Part shown: positions 1 through 13,884 of the stretch, in pieces | How the letters are laid out: each line of letters begins with the position of its first letter | How positions within the stretch are numbered: the stretch's first letter is position 1 | The notes under the pieces: generated by a model | Told to the model about the DNA's origin: nothing | What the model saw: the letters and a program-made list of their open reading frames with translations, nothing else | The model's database searches: none | From: Octopus vulgaris | Taxonomy: Eukaryota | Assembly (NCBI GenBank): GCA_951406725.2 | Contig: OX597819.1 | Location: forward strand, 103,416,001-103,480,000 | Length of the DNA: 64,000 bases | Direction: 5' to 3' | Program-made: the position numbers and the translations under genes

Positions 1-130
<130 letters not shown>

Positions 131-257
131 TATGTGTGTGTGTGGAAAATATACTATTAAATAAAATTACAGTCATTTTAGTATGTTGTAAGCATAAATA
201 TATAGTGTCTTATAATTTTCTTAAACTTTAAAATTAAAATTTTAAAATATATAACTG

Positions 258-1100
258 TAAATTTTCAAAATCTACCGCAATCGCGCGATCTTCTCAGCAG
301 CAAATATAAACTGCTGATTTAATTAGCCAAAAAATCATTAATTAAATAAATTTAATTTAATTTAATTAATTTGTTTACTAAAGTTTGCCGAAACTATGCA
401 TAGTCCAGAGATGAAATGAGTAAACGTTTTTATTTCTCTTTCAATTTCAGAATTACAACTATTAGCGGTTTGAGTTTGGCTGCTCTTTCTAGTGAGTCGG
501 ATGTCCTATTATGGCCATTCCTTATATTTTTGAATGTATATTATATAGTCTTTGACTATCCTTTCTTTCTCGCTGGACTGCTGGTAGCGGACAATTTTTT
601 CTAGAATTTTTGCTACCCTTATATTTATTAATTAATGATTTTTTGGCTAATTTTGAAATTAAATCAGCAGTTTATATTTGCTGCTGAGAAGACCGCGTGA
701 TTGCTGTAGATTTTGAAAATTTAGAGCATATAGACTGGAGGCTTCCTTACCATCACTTCGTGGATATATGTTCGTCCTTGGCTTCTCTGCTGACGAGGCA
801 CGCCAGTTGTAAATAAATTTAATTTAATTTAATTAATTTGTTTACTAAAGTTTGCCGAAACTATGCATAGTCCAGAGATGAAAGGGGTAAACGTTTTTAT
901 TTCTCTTTCAATGTCAGAATTACAACTATCAGCGGATTGAGTTTGGCTGCTCTTTCTAGAGAGTCGAATGTCCTATTATGGCCATTCCTTATATTTTTGA
1001 ATGTATATTATATAGTCTTTGACTATCTTTCCTTTCTCGCTGGACCGCTGGCAGCGGAGAAATTTTTCTAGAATTTTTTGATACCCTTATATTTATTAAT
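258..1100 (+). mobile_element. HHR-bearing non-coding retroelement (Penelope-pLTR/retrozyme-like), family copy 1
   Basis: Direct repeat 345-632 / 811-1100 (roughly 95% identical by eye), inverted repeat 258-345 / 628-723, complete HHR at 784-878, 3' end CCCTTATATTTATTAAT runs into (TA)n; no meaningful ORF. Confidence 0.75.
784..878 (+). ncRNA. Type I hammerhead ribozyme
   Basis: Stem I TCTCTG(784-789)/CAGAGA(873-878); core CTGACGA(790-796); stem II GGCA/TGCC; GAAA(857-860); palindromic stem III CTATGCATAG; GUC cleavage triplet ending at 872. Confidence 0.85.
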
Positions 1101-1112
1101 ATATATATATAT

Positions 1113-1316
1113 TCTTTTATTCTTTTACTTGTTTCAGTATTTTGACTGCAACCATGCTGGAGCACCGCCTTCAGTCAGACAAATCGGCCCCAGGACTTAT
1201 TCTTTTAAGCCTAGTATATATTCTATCGTTCTCTTTTGCCGAACCGCTAGCTAACACACCAACATCAGTTGTCAAGCGATGGTGGGGCGGACAAACATAT
1301 ACGCACACACACCACA

Positions 1317-1368
<52 letters not shown>

Positions 1369-1432
1369 AAACGGGCTTCTCTTAATTTCCGTCGACCAAA
1401 TCCACACGCAAGACTTTGATCGGCACGGTATC

Positions 1433-1433
<1 letters not shown>
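1113..1433 (-). mobile_element. 5'-truncated SINE (CR1-like tail family with internal CA/TA microsatellite)
   Basis: Tail ...GGCGGTGCTCCAGCATGGTTGCAGTCAAATACTGAAACAAGTAAAAGA on - strand, homologous to copies at 5107-5498 and 33413-33832. Confidence 0.8.
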
Positions 1434-1522
<89 letters not shown>

Positions 1523-1664
1523 TGTGTTTGTGTGTGTGTATGTGTATGTTTGTGTGCTGTGTGTGTGTGTGTGTGTGTTTGTGTGGTGTGTGTGTGTGTA
1601 TACATACATACATACATATATACGTAACATATATATATATATGTGTGTGTGTGTTTGTGTGTGT

Positions 1665-1930
1665 GGAGGCACAGGATCGCGGCTTCGATTCTCAGACCGG
1701 GCGCTGTGAGTGTTTATTGAGCGAAAACACCTAAAAGCTTCACGACGCTCCGGCAGGGGGTGGTGATCCCTGCTGTACTCTTTCACCACTCTTTCTCCCA
1801 CTCTTTCTTCTGTCGGCCTGCTCGCTTAGCCAGCGGGGTGGCGTCATTCGAAGGCTAAAGCAATGCGAACGCATTGTGACCAGCGATGTGTAACAACATC
1901 TGATGGTCTGGTCGGTCACGTGATCACGTG
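1665..1930 (+). mobile_element. tRNA-derived SINE (partly deleted head)
   Basis: B-box-like GCTTCGATTCTC near the 5' end; GC-rich body; ends in CACGTGATCACGTGA before (TA)n. Confidence 0.6.
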
Positions 1931-1992
<62 letters not shown>

Positions 1993-2150
1993 GCAGAGAT
2001 ATACACATACACACTCAGGCAACTATAAAATGTTCTAGAAAGACCACCCATCTAGAGTCGTTGGTTGTTGCACAAAATTACTAACGTAGCTTAAATATTA
2101 TTAATTAGGTGCGCTACTGTTACAACGGTCTATAGCGCATGGATATGAGT

Positions 2151-2250
<100 letters not shown>

Positions 2251-2404
2251 GTATAATGGTGATCCATGGCATACGTGAAACTCTGAATAGCAAAAGAATA
2301 ACTAGATTCCAGTTCTGTATTGAGTACATTTCCTCTGTCTTGCATGCTGAAATATATATATACACACACACATATATATATATTTTATTTTATGTATATG
2401 TGTG

Positions 2405-2435
<31 letters not shown>

Positions 2436-2473
2436 ATATACTACATGTTGTATGCCATGCTAAAGACCACTAC

Positions 2474-2536
<63 letters not shown>

Positions 2537-2538
<2 letters not shown>

Positions 2539-2682
2539 ATCCAAACAAGAAAGCACAAAAAAAAACAGAACAACGCGAAGACGTGGAACAAATATAGTAT
2601 TATTGGACGCTCAGGAAAGAAGGAAAGAAGGAGGGTCTAACGTTTCGAGCGGAGCTCTTCGTCGGAAACATAGGAGAAGGAA
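2537..2682 (-). mobile_element. Short repeat fragment carrying a minimal hammerhead variant, abutting (TA)n
   Basis: Minus strand GTTT CCGACGA A GAGC-TCC-GCTC GAAA CG TT AGAC at 2635-2669; fragment ends at the (TA)n tract 2481-2535. Confidence 0.6.
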
Positions 2683-2871
2683 ATACACATACATACATAA
2701 ATGTATATGTCAAAGCAAATAGAAGAAATTGAACACTACTGTAAAATTGCAATAGAATATAGACAAGACAGGAATAGTGAACAGGGTGAATGTATGAGGG
2801 GAGAAAAATATCTTCAGAGACAAGAGAATGAATATATTTTCGTTCTACGTAAGAAATATTTCTGAAACAGA

Positions 2872-2975
2872 CAGCGCCATCTGTTGGTGTCGATTGTTAA
2901 GTCATGTCAGATGTCAAGTGTAATTTTCTCCGTCACAGATCAAAGGTAGTCTGCTTGTAAGAAGTCCTAATTAGC
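2872..2975. promoter_or_regulatory. Putative cis-regulatory module: CTCF-like site plus TCF/LEF, NK2, TALE and homeodomain motifs
   Basis: Minus strand CCAACAGATGGCGCTG (2872-2887); AGATCAAAGG (2937-2946); TCAAGTG; two TGTCA; CTAATTAG; non-repetitive context. Confidence 0.4.
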
Positions 2976-3276
2976 ATCGGTCATGCTTTACCTAACATTT
3001 ACCTTCGGGTTCGGAAATGGGGTCTAAGATTGTATGCAATATAAATGGTGCGTGGGAGGGCGAAAAAAATGAAAGGATTAGCGAGATAGGGAGAAAGGTA
3101 GAGAGATAGAGAAGGGGTGAGTGAGAAAAAGAAAGTCAGATATTTTGTTGCGGATACACAGTTTGTATGTAAAGGGATAATTTTGAAAGGCTAAATACAT
3201 GCATGTACACACACAAACATGCGCGCTCATACATACACATACACATACATCTGTATATGCGGTGGGTGTATCCATG

Positions 3277-3312
<36 letters not shown>

Positions 3313-3581
3313 ATTTATAAGATTAAATATATATACTTATATTTGCATCTGTCTTTATATGTGTGTGTCTGTATGTATGTCTGTATGAATGTATGTGTGT
3401 ATGTTTGTAAGTATGTATAAGGATTAGCATGAGATATACTATTAAAAATCTTTTAGTTTTCTCCATTGTAATACCAGGCCCTGATACACCAGCGACGCCA
3501 TTAAAATTATGCGTTTCTATCAACATGAATACCACGCGGTAACTACAACAGCAAGCAAACAGTTGCATAATCAAATACTTG

Positions 3582-3625
3582 TATTCTTGGCGAACTACGT
3601 TGCGTAGAAACAATTGTAGAGAATA
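3582..3625 (+). ncRNA. Degenerate type I hammerhead motif
   Basis: TATTCT-TGGCGA-AC-TACG ttg CGTA-GAAA-CAATTG-TA-GAGAATA: stem II, GAAA, palindromic stem III and stem I present, CUGANGA box mutated. Confidence 0.45.
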
Positions 3626-3815
3626 AGAAACAAATGTCCAATCGTACGCCTTCTTCTAGACTCCAGTTTCTTCAATTTTATATTCATACGCGACGAATGC
3701 TCAAATTCAAACTCGGAAGTATATAATGATATTGCTGATACTACTGGGCTGTTCTGATGGTGGACGAGCTCTACAATGTACTCTATCACGTTCCTAATGG
3801 GATATAACATAACTT

Positions 3816-3856
<41 letters not shown>

Positions 3857-4097
3857 GTACTGGAGACGCCAATAGAAACTCCTTAAAGAGGGTCAAACTA
3901 CTTTTCACTGAAGTCTATAGTATTCGTGGAGGCGCGTGGCTTAAATGTTAGGGTGTTAGACTCATGATCGGAAGATTGTGGTTTTGATTCGTAGACCGGG
4001 TGAAACGTGTTTCTGAGCAAAGCACTTCATTTCACATTGCTCCAATTCACTCAGCTAGCAAAAATGAGCAAACCTGCGGCAGACCGGCGTCCTGTCC

Positions 4098-5340
4098 GCG
4101 AATTTTTTTTCCCCACGTGGGTTCCCGACACCGGTAATGAACTCATTTGCATACAGCCGATCAGAGCAGGCCACCTTTATCCTTTCTTCATTTCTAGTCA
4201 GTACCATGCTTTCTTTACTCTTTTCCTGTCTACTGACAGACAGCAACCTTTTTGTCACTATCAAGACAAATTTCGCTATCACTGTAAGAACTACTGTTTC
4301 TAACTACCTGTCGGGCAAACGAATTAATATATGTAAATAATATTTCTTCCTAATTGGTGTTGATCCTTCGATTTTCGCTGGTTACTCCGACGTCGGCACA
4401 GTAATACACTTGCCGAAATATATTGCTGAAAAATGATTTTAAAAAGTTATAGAGGTTAAAAGTTTGATCGTTTTCATCCAGTCAAGAAACAGGATTTGGG
4501 AGCTCTCATTTTGAGCGTGACTGCAAATTTTGTTGTCAACATCTTGAAATGCTTACATTTTTTATATTTTCCGTGAATTTTTCACGGATCCAGCTAGTTA
4601 TAATAAATAGATCCATAATTTATTACTAATAATATAATTGTACTCAGCGAAATTCTTTAGCACTCACGCATTTTCGTGACTATTTTTTTTTTTTTACAGA
4701 TCTTTTCTGTTTGGTTGCCAGCGTCAATTTTCTGTTCGAAATGATTTCATCATATCCATTGTAATGATGCATTCTGTAGGTTAATTAATGCAGTGAAAAT
4801 AATTTTCTCTATAAATTAATAAGGAGTTATTAGTAATTAAAGTTTGAAAATGTTGGTAATTTAATGAACCGTAAACCTCAGACACATTCATGCTTTTCTC
4901 TTTTAAATTAACATAAACATTTATTTACATGAAAGAAAATTACTGGAGAACTTCCGTGCTAAAGATAACAGCTAAATACGATTTATTTACATGATAGAAA
5001 ACACGTGTTGTTTACAAATATTGACAACATGTGCTATTTTGTCACGCACAAAATGACAGCTTTCAAATCCAGTTTCCTGACTGGGTGAAAATGATCAAAT
5101 TTTAAATCTCTTTTACTCTTTTACTTGTTTCAGTCATTTGATTGTGGCCATGCTGGAGCACCGCCTTTAGTCGAGCAAATCGACCCCAGAACTTATTCTT
5201 TGTAAGCCTAGTACTTATTCTATCGGTCTCTTTTGCCGAACCGCGAAGTTACGGGGACGTAAACACACCAGGTTGTCAAGCGATGTTGGGGAGACAAACA
5301 CAGACACAGAAACATATACACACACATATACATACATACA

Positions 5341-5371
<31 letters not shown>

Positions 5372-5857
5372 CTACGACGGGCTTCTTTCAGTTTGCTCGG
5401 CCCGAGGCTATAGTAAAAGACACTTGCCCAAGGTGTTACGCTGTGGGACTGAACCCGGAAACATGTGGTTCGTAAGCAAGCTACTTACCACTCAGCCACA
5501 AAAACATTATTCTGGAAAAACGAAATAACTACAGCAATATATTTCGGCAAGTGCATTATTGCGCCAGCGTCAGAGTAACCAGCGAACATCGAAGGATCAA
5601 CACCAAGAAGGAAGACATATTATTTACATATATTTATTCGTCTGTCCGAAAAGTAATTAGAGACAGTAGTACTTCTAGTGACAGCGAAATGTTTTTTAAT
5701 AGTGACAAAAAGGTTGCTGTCTGCCAGTAGAAAACGAAAGAGTAAGGAAAACATGGTGTGACTAGAAATGAAGAAAGGATCAAGGTGGCTCTGCTCTAAT
5801 TGGCTGTATGCAAATACTGGGATCCGGAACTCTATTGAAAAAGATATAAAATTTCGC
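4098..5857. mobile_element. Non-autonomous Mutator (MULE)-like element with ~330-bp TIRs and 9-bp TSD
   Basis: Imperfect inverted repeats ~4098-4428 and ~5532-5857 starting GCGAA / ending TTCGC; TSD GTCCTGTCC (4089-4097) / GTCCCGTCC (5858-5866); no transposase ORF. Confidence 0.7.
5107..5498 (-). mobile_element. tRNA-derived SINE (CR1-like tail family) nested in the MULE-like element
   Basis: Minus strand A-box TGGCTGAGTGGTAAG and B-box GGTTCAGTCCC, internal (TATG)n, tail ...CTGAAACAAGTAAAAGAG. Confidence 0.85.
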
Positions 5858-6019
5858 GTCCCGTCCAGTTGGGGAATACATATGCCATGAAAACCCTATG
5901 AGTGTATATCAGTCAGGAAGGAACTTTACTTGTTTTTTTTTTTTTTTTTTTTGTTATTACTATATTATATCGAGTCCTCAATATCAATCTGTCCAACTGT
6001 ATCTTGAAAACTAGTTTCA

Positions 6020-6220
6020 AATTGTGGCAAAAAGGCCTGCAATTTCGGGGGAGAAAATAAGTCATTAAATCGACCCCAATGTTGGACTGGTACCTAATTT
6101 ATCGAGACTGAAAGGCAATGTCGACCTCGGTAGCATTTGAACTCAGAATTGAAGACGGACGAAATGCCGGTAATCATTTTGCCCAGCATGATAACGATTC
6201 TTCCAGGCGTGCCGCCCTTA
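6020..6220 (-). mobile_element. MetaSINE-like tRNA-derived SINE
   Basis: Reverse complement of the family with core GAGTTCAAAT..CCGAGGTCGACTTTGCCTTTCATCC..GGTCGATAAA..AAGTACCAG seen at 11702 and 57580. Confidence 0.7.
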
Positions 6221-6536
6221 TCCTGAAGAACATTAGCAGATTTTTCACATAAGAAATATTGTTAATTTGATGCAGTAGAGCCTAGTGCAACCAGAATTAA
6301 ACAGTTCTTAGTTTGTAATATGAAGTCTCTCATTCAAGCTACGCTTCACTCATTATCAAGCTCAGTCTCTCATTCTGTTCTGATTTCTTTCCTTCTCTTT
6401 CCCCCTTTCTCTCTCCCTCTCACTCTCTCAATATTGGCTTCTTTATTATGTTTTGTAATATATCACATTCTCTCGTTATGCGTGTTGATTTCAATTTCAA
6501 TATACCTTAGTTTACATACAGTTCCACTGTATTAGG

Positions 6537-6650
6537 AGGATGGGGGAGGGGAGGTGGAGGATGGGAAAGCGGGGAGAGGAGGGGAGGTGGAGGATGGGAA
6601 AGCGGGGGGAGGATGGGAAGAGGAGGAGGAGGAGGGGAAGGAAGAAGAGG
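6537..6650. repeat. G-rich minisatellite (~33-bp unit GGGGAGGTGGAGGATGGGAAAGCGGGGAGAGGA, 2-3 copies)
   Basis: Visible tandem purine-rich units. Confidence 0.7.
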
Positions 6651-8290
6651 AGAAATATATATATATAATATATAAGAGATAAGTGGGGTATGCGTTAAAA
6701 GTGAAAGAGAAAGAAAGGTAGAGAGCAAAGACTAAATGCATAAAGTATCATTAAATACACGCATGTACTCATGCACTCACAAACGCATTTGCACACAAAT
6801 AAATATGAACATGCTCGTTTGTGTGTAAATACACATGTGGTACTTTCACGGCTGCACAAGAAAATATCACAACGTATATCTAACAACACCATTGGTTGAC
6901 GTATAGGTTACTAAGACTTGTAGTGAGCATTATATTCTATCAGTTCTGTTTAAGTGGACTACATGATACGTGTAACAAAAGAAGGATATCAAACGCTAAA
7001 GACAAAACAGCGAGAGCATCTTAATGACTGCTAATGGGGAATGTTAAAATGGAATTGTCTTTTGCGTAAAGATCAAATACAGGTTACCCCAATCATTTTT
7101 TTTTTCTTCTCACTATAAAGATCAGTTTTATATGAATATTCCCATTCCCTTTTCCGCAAATGATGGACCAGCTTCTACATGCAATGTGGTCGGTGGAGGT
7201 GCAGGAACTTCTTCAAATTCATAAATGAGTACCCGAAATAAATTTATATGCAAAGGTAAGTGTGACTGATTTTATCAACTATCTATCGTTAGCTAAAGAG
7301 AAGTAGATCCTATTCCTGAAGGCTGAAGGCTGAAGACTAAAGAGAAGATAGATCTTTTTCCCTGAGTATTGAAAGAAGGAAATTTGTTTGATGAAAATAT
7401 GCTGGTTAAGTCGCTGTAAAATGCAAAATTTTAATGTTGGACTATACTTTACCATAGAAGGACTACATTAATGATATCGACGAACCCTTAATAAATTCCA
7501 TTCGGATTCATACAGATTCACCAGACTGATGTGTTTTCATTCATTTATCACCAAAAGAGCTAATATATACTTTTACTATATAAAGAATATAGAATCATGC
7601 ATCTTATTGCCCCTAATAAGATTAAAATTAATTATAATTAACTTAATCAAATGAATATTTCGGATTTCAATTCAAATACTGAATAATCGAGATGCATGAT
7701 AACGTGAACGTTGGATGTTATCAGGTTGGATGTTATCAACAGTGTGTTCATTAATGATATTTTTGGAACTCTTAAAGTTATTGGCATACAATTAAGCATC
7801 ATTTACAAAATATTGTTGTTTCTTATGTTTGTGAGACAGTTGGGTTTTCATGGATTACTATATTAATCTGTATTAATGCAGGTATTAGAAATTGCCCGTT
7901 AATGTCAACATCTCTCCTTGTAATGAGCAATGTCGAATCCATCGCAAGAAAATATTTTTATCACATCTCAATTTTAAGCTTGATTCTATGATATTTAGTG
8001 AAATCAATCCATGAAGATTTCAGCGTTTTTAAAAAGTTAGCAAATATGAGTAGAGCAAAGTGAAAGGATGGGAAATGCGGAGCTGCAGATCATGAATAAA
8101 TTTCGTGCATATAAATGTAGAAATAGGGACCCAATAGATATATGGGCAGCTGGATGTAGATATATGGGCAGGTGGATGTAGCTAAAAGTACATATCCTAC
8201 ACTAAAAATTACATATCCTATAGCAAGATTTCTTTCGAAAAAAACCTTAATGTTGTAAGAGGTGATCAGAGAGAACATCATTACATCACA

Positions 8291-9557
8291 TTAGGTTGTT
8301 CCGAAAATAATGGCAGCTCTAAGTGTTGTGTTTTGAAACGCAATTTTATCATAGTATTTTAATTCTATTTTAGATGAATTTCAACATGATTAATAATTGA
8401 TGTGTGCTCTTTAATAAGTTTTTACTTATTTCAGATAGAAAACATTCTTGAAGTATAGGCGCCTTCAATTATGAACATGACAAAAATGGACCTTCGCTTA
8501 CTTTTCTTGCATGAGTTCAAACTTCGGCACAATGCCTCCCAAACTGCTGCCAATATTAACAGAGCTTGCAGTAATCGCACAGTATAAAAAATGTGGTTTC
8601 AGAAATTCCGTAGTGGTGATGAAAGCCTTGAAGATGAAAAAGATGGAGGACGGGCATGCAGTCTTGACAATGAACAATTGAAAGCAATTGTTGAGCAAAC
8701 CCTCCATCAAAGTGTCAGAGAAATGTCTCAGGCACTTGGTGTTGGTATTGGAACGGTCTCACGCAATCTGCAGAAGATTGGTAAGGTGACAAAGCTCGAT
8801 AAATGGGTACCGCTTGTGCTCAATGAAAATCAAAAGGTTCGGCGTTTTGAAATGTGCTCAATGCGCTTTCTGTGAAACGCCAATGATCCTTTTCTTGACT
8901 GAATAGCCACTTGTGAGGAAAAGAGGATCCTTTATGATTACCGTAAATGATCAGGTCAATGGCTTGATTGTGATGAGTCCCCCAAACATTTCTCAAAGCC
9001 AAAATTTCCTCAATAAATATGGTGACTGCCTGGTGGTCTGCAATTGGTGATGTCCATTACAGCTTCTGGAAGCCAATCACAACATTCCAGCAGAGGTTTA
9101 CTGCAATCAATTCGCTGAAATCCATGCTTTCTTGCAAAAAATGTGACCTGCATTGGTGAATCGGCGTAGCACAAATCTTCTCCAAATTAATGCAAAGCCA
9201 CATGTTGCAGGAATGACGCTGCAGAAACTCACGGACTTGGGATACGAGACTTTACCACATCCTCCATATTCTCCTGATCTTTCACTCAATGACTACGATT
9301 TTTTAAAGTATTTAAACACGTTATTAAGTAATAAAACTTTCAGACCCAAACCAGAGGTATAATCAGCTTTCAAAGATTTTTTAGCATCAAAGCCAATAAG
9401 TTTTTTTATCAACACGGTATAAATAATCTCGTTGATTGGTGGCAGAGATAAATAGATGTTCACGGCTCATACTTTGACAAATCAAAACATTTCTATTGTT
9501 AATTTTTCCAGAATAAAATTGTTTCTGAAATCGGCCATTATGTTCGGACCAACCTAA
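8291..9557 (+). mobile_element. Full-length mariner DNA transposon (cecropia/Hsmar1-like), inactive
   Basis: 26-bp TIRs TTAGGTTGTTCCGAAAATAATGGCAG / reverse complement with 3 mismatches; TA at the right end (CA at the left); ~1.27 kb. Confidence 0.9.
8471..9478 (+). pseudogene. Disrupted mariner transposase
   Basis: Motifs FLHEFKL, WFQKFRSGDESLEDE, KWVPLVL, HPPYSPDLS spread over several frames with stops and frameshifts. Confidence 0.9.
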
Positions 9558-9959
9558 TACAATGCAAGCATATAACAAGAGTGTAGAGGATGACGGAAGA
9601 TAGTTGGATGCTATAGCGAGAAATTCAGACCGTTTTCTTTTTTTTTTCTTTTTTATTCACGACATCTAAAAAATTAATATAAAGTATATTCTTCGATGAC
9701 ATTTTCTTGAATAAAAAATTGGTTAGTATTATTTATATATAAATTCATAACGTGCTAATAGTTTTTTTTGGTTCAAGCAATAAATATATTTCGTACGGAA
9801 TGTTAATTAATACACCACAGTGTCAATTAATACACCATAAAGTGAGGAGAAATAGGAACGGTTTTATTTATAAAACTAGAAGACGTTAGTTTGGAATCAT
9901 CTTCCAGAACGCATTCAAAATAGATGAATTTCATAACCGCTGAAAATAATACTTGTTGA

Positions 9960-11100
<1,141 letters not shown>

Positions 11101-11701
11101 TTCGTGTTGTTATTGTTATAAGTTATTCAGCGATGGTGGTCTTCGAAATGGAACGAGATATTTTTTTTTATTTATATCTCTGTGATGATTCTGAGAATGT
11201 AAACGATCTTTCATTAAAAAATTACGTTCATTAATTAAAGACAATATAGACACAGTAAGTTAATGTCCTACCTTACAAGTCTTAGATTTAATTAAGAATC
11301 TTATCGTTCTAACCCGAAACCTAATAATCGCCACCAACACAACGTTATTGCATTAATTCGTCTAAATTCAGACGTTCTTATGTAGTCATCCAGAAATGTG
11401 CGTTCATAACAGAGTGCAGGGAAGAATTCATAGTCAAACGTGGGGAATATTTAAAGCCCTGAACAGCAATTCTGCTAGAAATAACAGCCAAACTTTGTTT
11501 TCACCACACACTATTGTTTTAAAAACATGAAGATGTATAAGACGTACGCGGTAACCCTTTATGTGGTCGATTTATCTGTTTAGATACAACATTCAAACCT
11601 TGATTTAATCGCAGGCTATCGTTTTGAAGTAATAAAGATGCATGAATTTAATAAGGGAACACATTCTTTAGTTGTTTGGCTTGTTAGAAACAACAGCCAC
11701 A

Positions 11702-11915
11702 AGGGCGACGAGCTGGCAGAAACGTTAGAAACGCCGGGCGAAATGCTTAGCGGTATTTCATCTGCTATGTTCTGAGTTCAAATGATGCCGAGGTCGACTT
11801 TGCCTTTCATCCTTCCGGGGTTGATTAAATAAGTACCAGTTACGCACTGGGATCGATATAATCGACTTAATTCGTTTGTCTGTCCTGGTTTGTCCCCTCT
11901 GTGGGTAGTAAAGAA
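11702..11915 (+). mobile_element. MetaSINE-like tRNA-derived SINE
   Basis: GGCGACGAGCTGGCAGAAACGTTAG head, GAGTTCAAAT B-box, core GACTTTGCCTTTCATCCTTCCGGGGTTGATTAAATAAGTACCAG. Confidence 0.75.
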
Positions 11916-13179
11916 ATGAGAAACAACAGCCACATTCGACAATATTTTAAACAAAGAATTGTAAGTCGAACCAGTGTAAGAAACTACTGCATGGTCGCCC
12001 CAAATGCTAGAAATAACATTGAAATCTCTTTCAAATCACAGATTACCCATATGTCAAGCCAATGTTTAAAGATTCTGGTCAGTCACTTAAACTTCTTGAA
12101 GTATCCAGCAAAATCTTCCTGAATTCATAATCTATCATTTGAAAGTAAGACCTAATGCCCTCCACTTCAAGGAAAGACAATCTTACAAGCTCCTTGAAAT
12201 TCGGGAAATCACTACAGCGCTGATTCCAAAAGCTTTCTTTTAGGTCGATAAAATAAGAACCAGTTGAGCACTGGGGTCAATGTGGTCGACTTACCCCACC
12301 CCGCAACCTTTCTAGCCTTGTCCTAAAAGGTGAAACTATATGTATGTCGTATATATATTAACTATCTATTCTTTCTTCATGTAAACTCTACCAATGTTTT
12401 AGCTGTCTGTGTTTAATGAAAATACTGTTTATAGATGAACAGCTAGAGTCGTTTGAGCGTTGGATATAATACATCGGCCTAAGCTCAAATCAGGCAGTGA
12501 TGAGGTCCCGCTGAGCTCAGATCCCATTGGAAACCATAATTTTTTTATTCTTTCGGAGACAAAAACGAGATACACCAATCCAAGTCGGTACCTTGGCAGG
12601 ACTATAAGGATCTTTAACCGGATGCCTTGCAGTATTTCTTCTGGCTCTCTGCTTAATAAGTTCACATTCCACCGAGGTCAGCTATGAGTTTCTTCCCTTC
12701 GGAGTAAAACAAGCAATAGAAGAAGAATACTAGTCTTAGGTGGTTGAACTGTAAGAACGTGTAACCCGATGCCTTGCGGTGTTTGTTCCGATTTTTGCGC
12801 TCTGACTTCAAATCGTACCAAGGCCTACGAAAGTGGTAAACATAATTGATGACCGATTTAACACACCACCTGGCGACATAGGTGCCTTTAGTAGAGCCCA
12901 GTTTGTTCCAAGTTTCCATGCCAGGTCTCCAGGTTTGAGGGTACCTTCTTCTCTGACTCCCACCAGTTTCGGAGGCTTTGTAATAAAGGGCTACATCTAC
13001 AGCCATTTTCTTCTTACTCAAAGATAAGAAAAAAAGAGAAGAAACTCTACCACAGGTAAAGATAAAGGAAGAAACCACATCGAAGTTATATTTATTTGTA
13101 TTCATTGCCACATCTGTCTGTTGCGATTTGTATTTCGACAAATGAGAAACAGAGAACGATTGTAGTAATAAAGAAAGAA

Positions 13180-13808
13180 GAAAAACAATAACAATAACAA
13201 CAGAATTAATAGCTGCAGTAACAACAACAATGTTAACAATCAAGCCATCATCACAATCACCATAAGTATCATCATCGACGCCATCTTTATTGTCGCCATT
13301 ATCATTATGAAGTCCGCTGAATGGGTATGGAAGATGTGACAGTGGAAGTAGCAGCACAGAGAGTAGGAGGAAGAGGAGGAGGAGGAGGAGGAGAAGAAGA
13401 ACAAAAGGAAGAAGTAGAAGATGATGATGAGGATGATGTCGACAACGATGATGATAATGAGGACGATGATGATCAACAATTTCACAATCCTCTGATGAAT
13501 AAACAGTTATGGGGTTATCTTAATACATTAAAGGGAATACATTAAAGCACAGACTGATGATGGTGATGATGTTGATGGTGGTGGTGGCGATGGGAGTGAC
13601 AGTTGTCGTATTGTTGATGGGGTGGCGGCGCTTTTGGTGGCAGTGGGCGTCTTGTTAGTGATTGTGAGAGTGGCACCGGTGGTGACGGTTGGTGTGGTGG
13701 TGAGGGTGAAGCTGGATGTGACAGTGGTGATATTTCAGTGTGCGGGTATCGGTGGAAATCATGCGTACTTGTAGGGTATGTGTTTAAGGTAATGGAATAA
13801 AGCGTCGA

Positions 13809-13840
<32 letters not shown>

Positions 13841-13844
13841 GTAA

Positions 13845-13884
<40 letters not shown>

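Larger units (their letters stand above)
3929..5905 (+). mobile_element. tRNA-derived SINE split in two (3929-4097 and 5858-5905) by a DNA transposon
   Basis: Head GGAGGCGCGTGGCTT..., body homologous to 40178-40502; GC-rich sequence resumes after the insertion with a duplicated GTCC(T/C)GTCC. Confidence 0.65.

Noticed and set aside
7160-7262. Possible exon ending at a consensus donor AAG|GTAAGT (~7255)
   Set aside because: All three frames have stops shortly upstream and there is no partner exon or recognisable protein; a non-coding exon cannot be excluded
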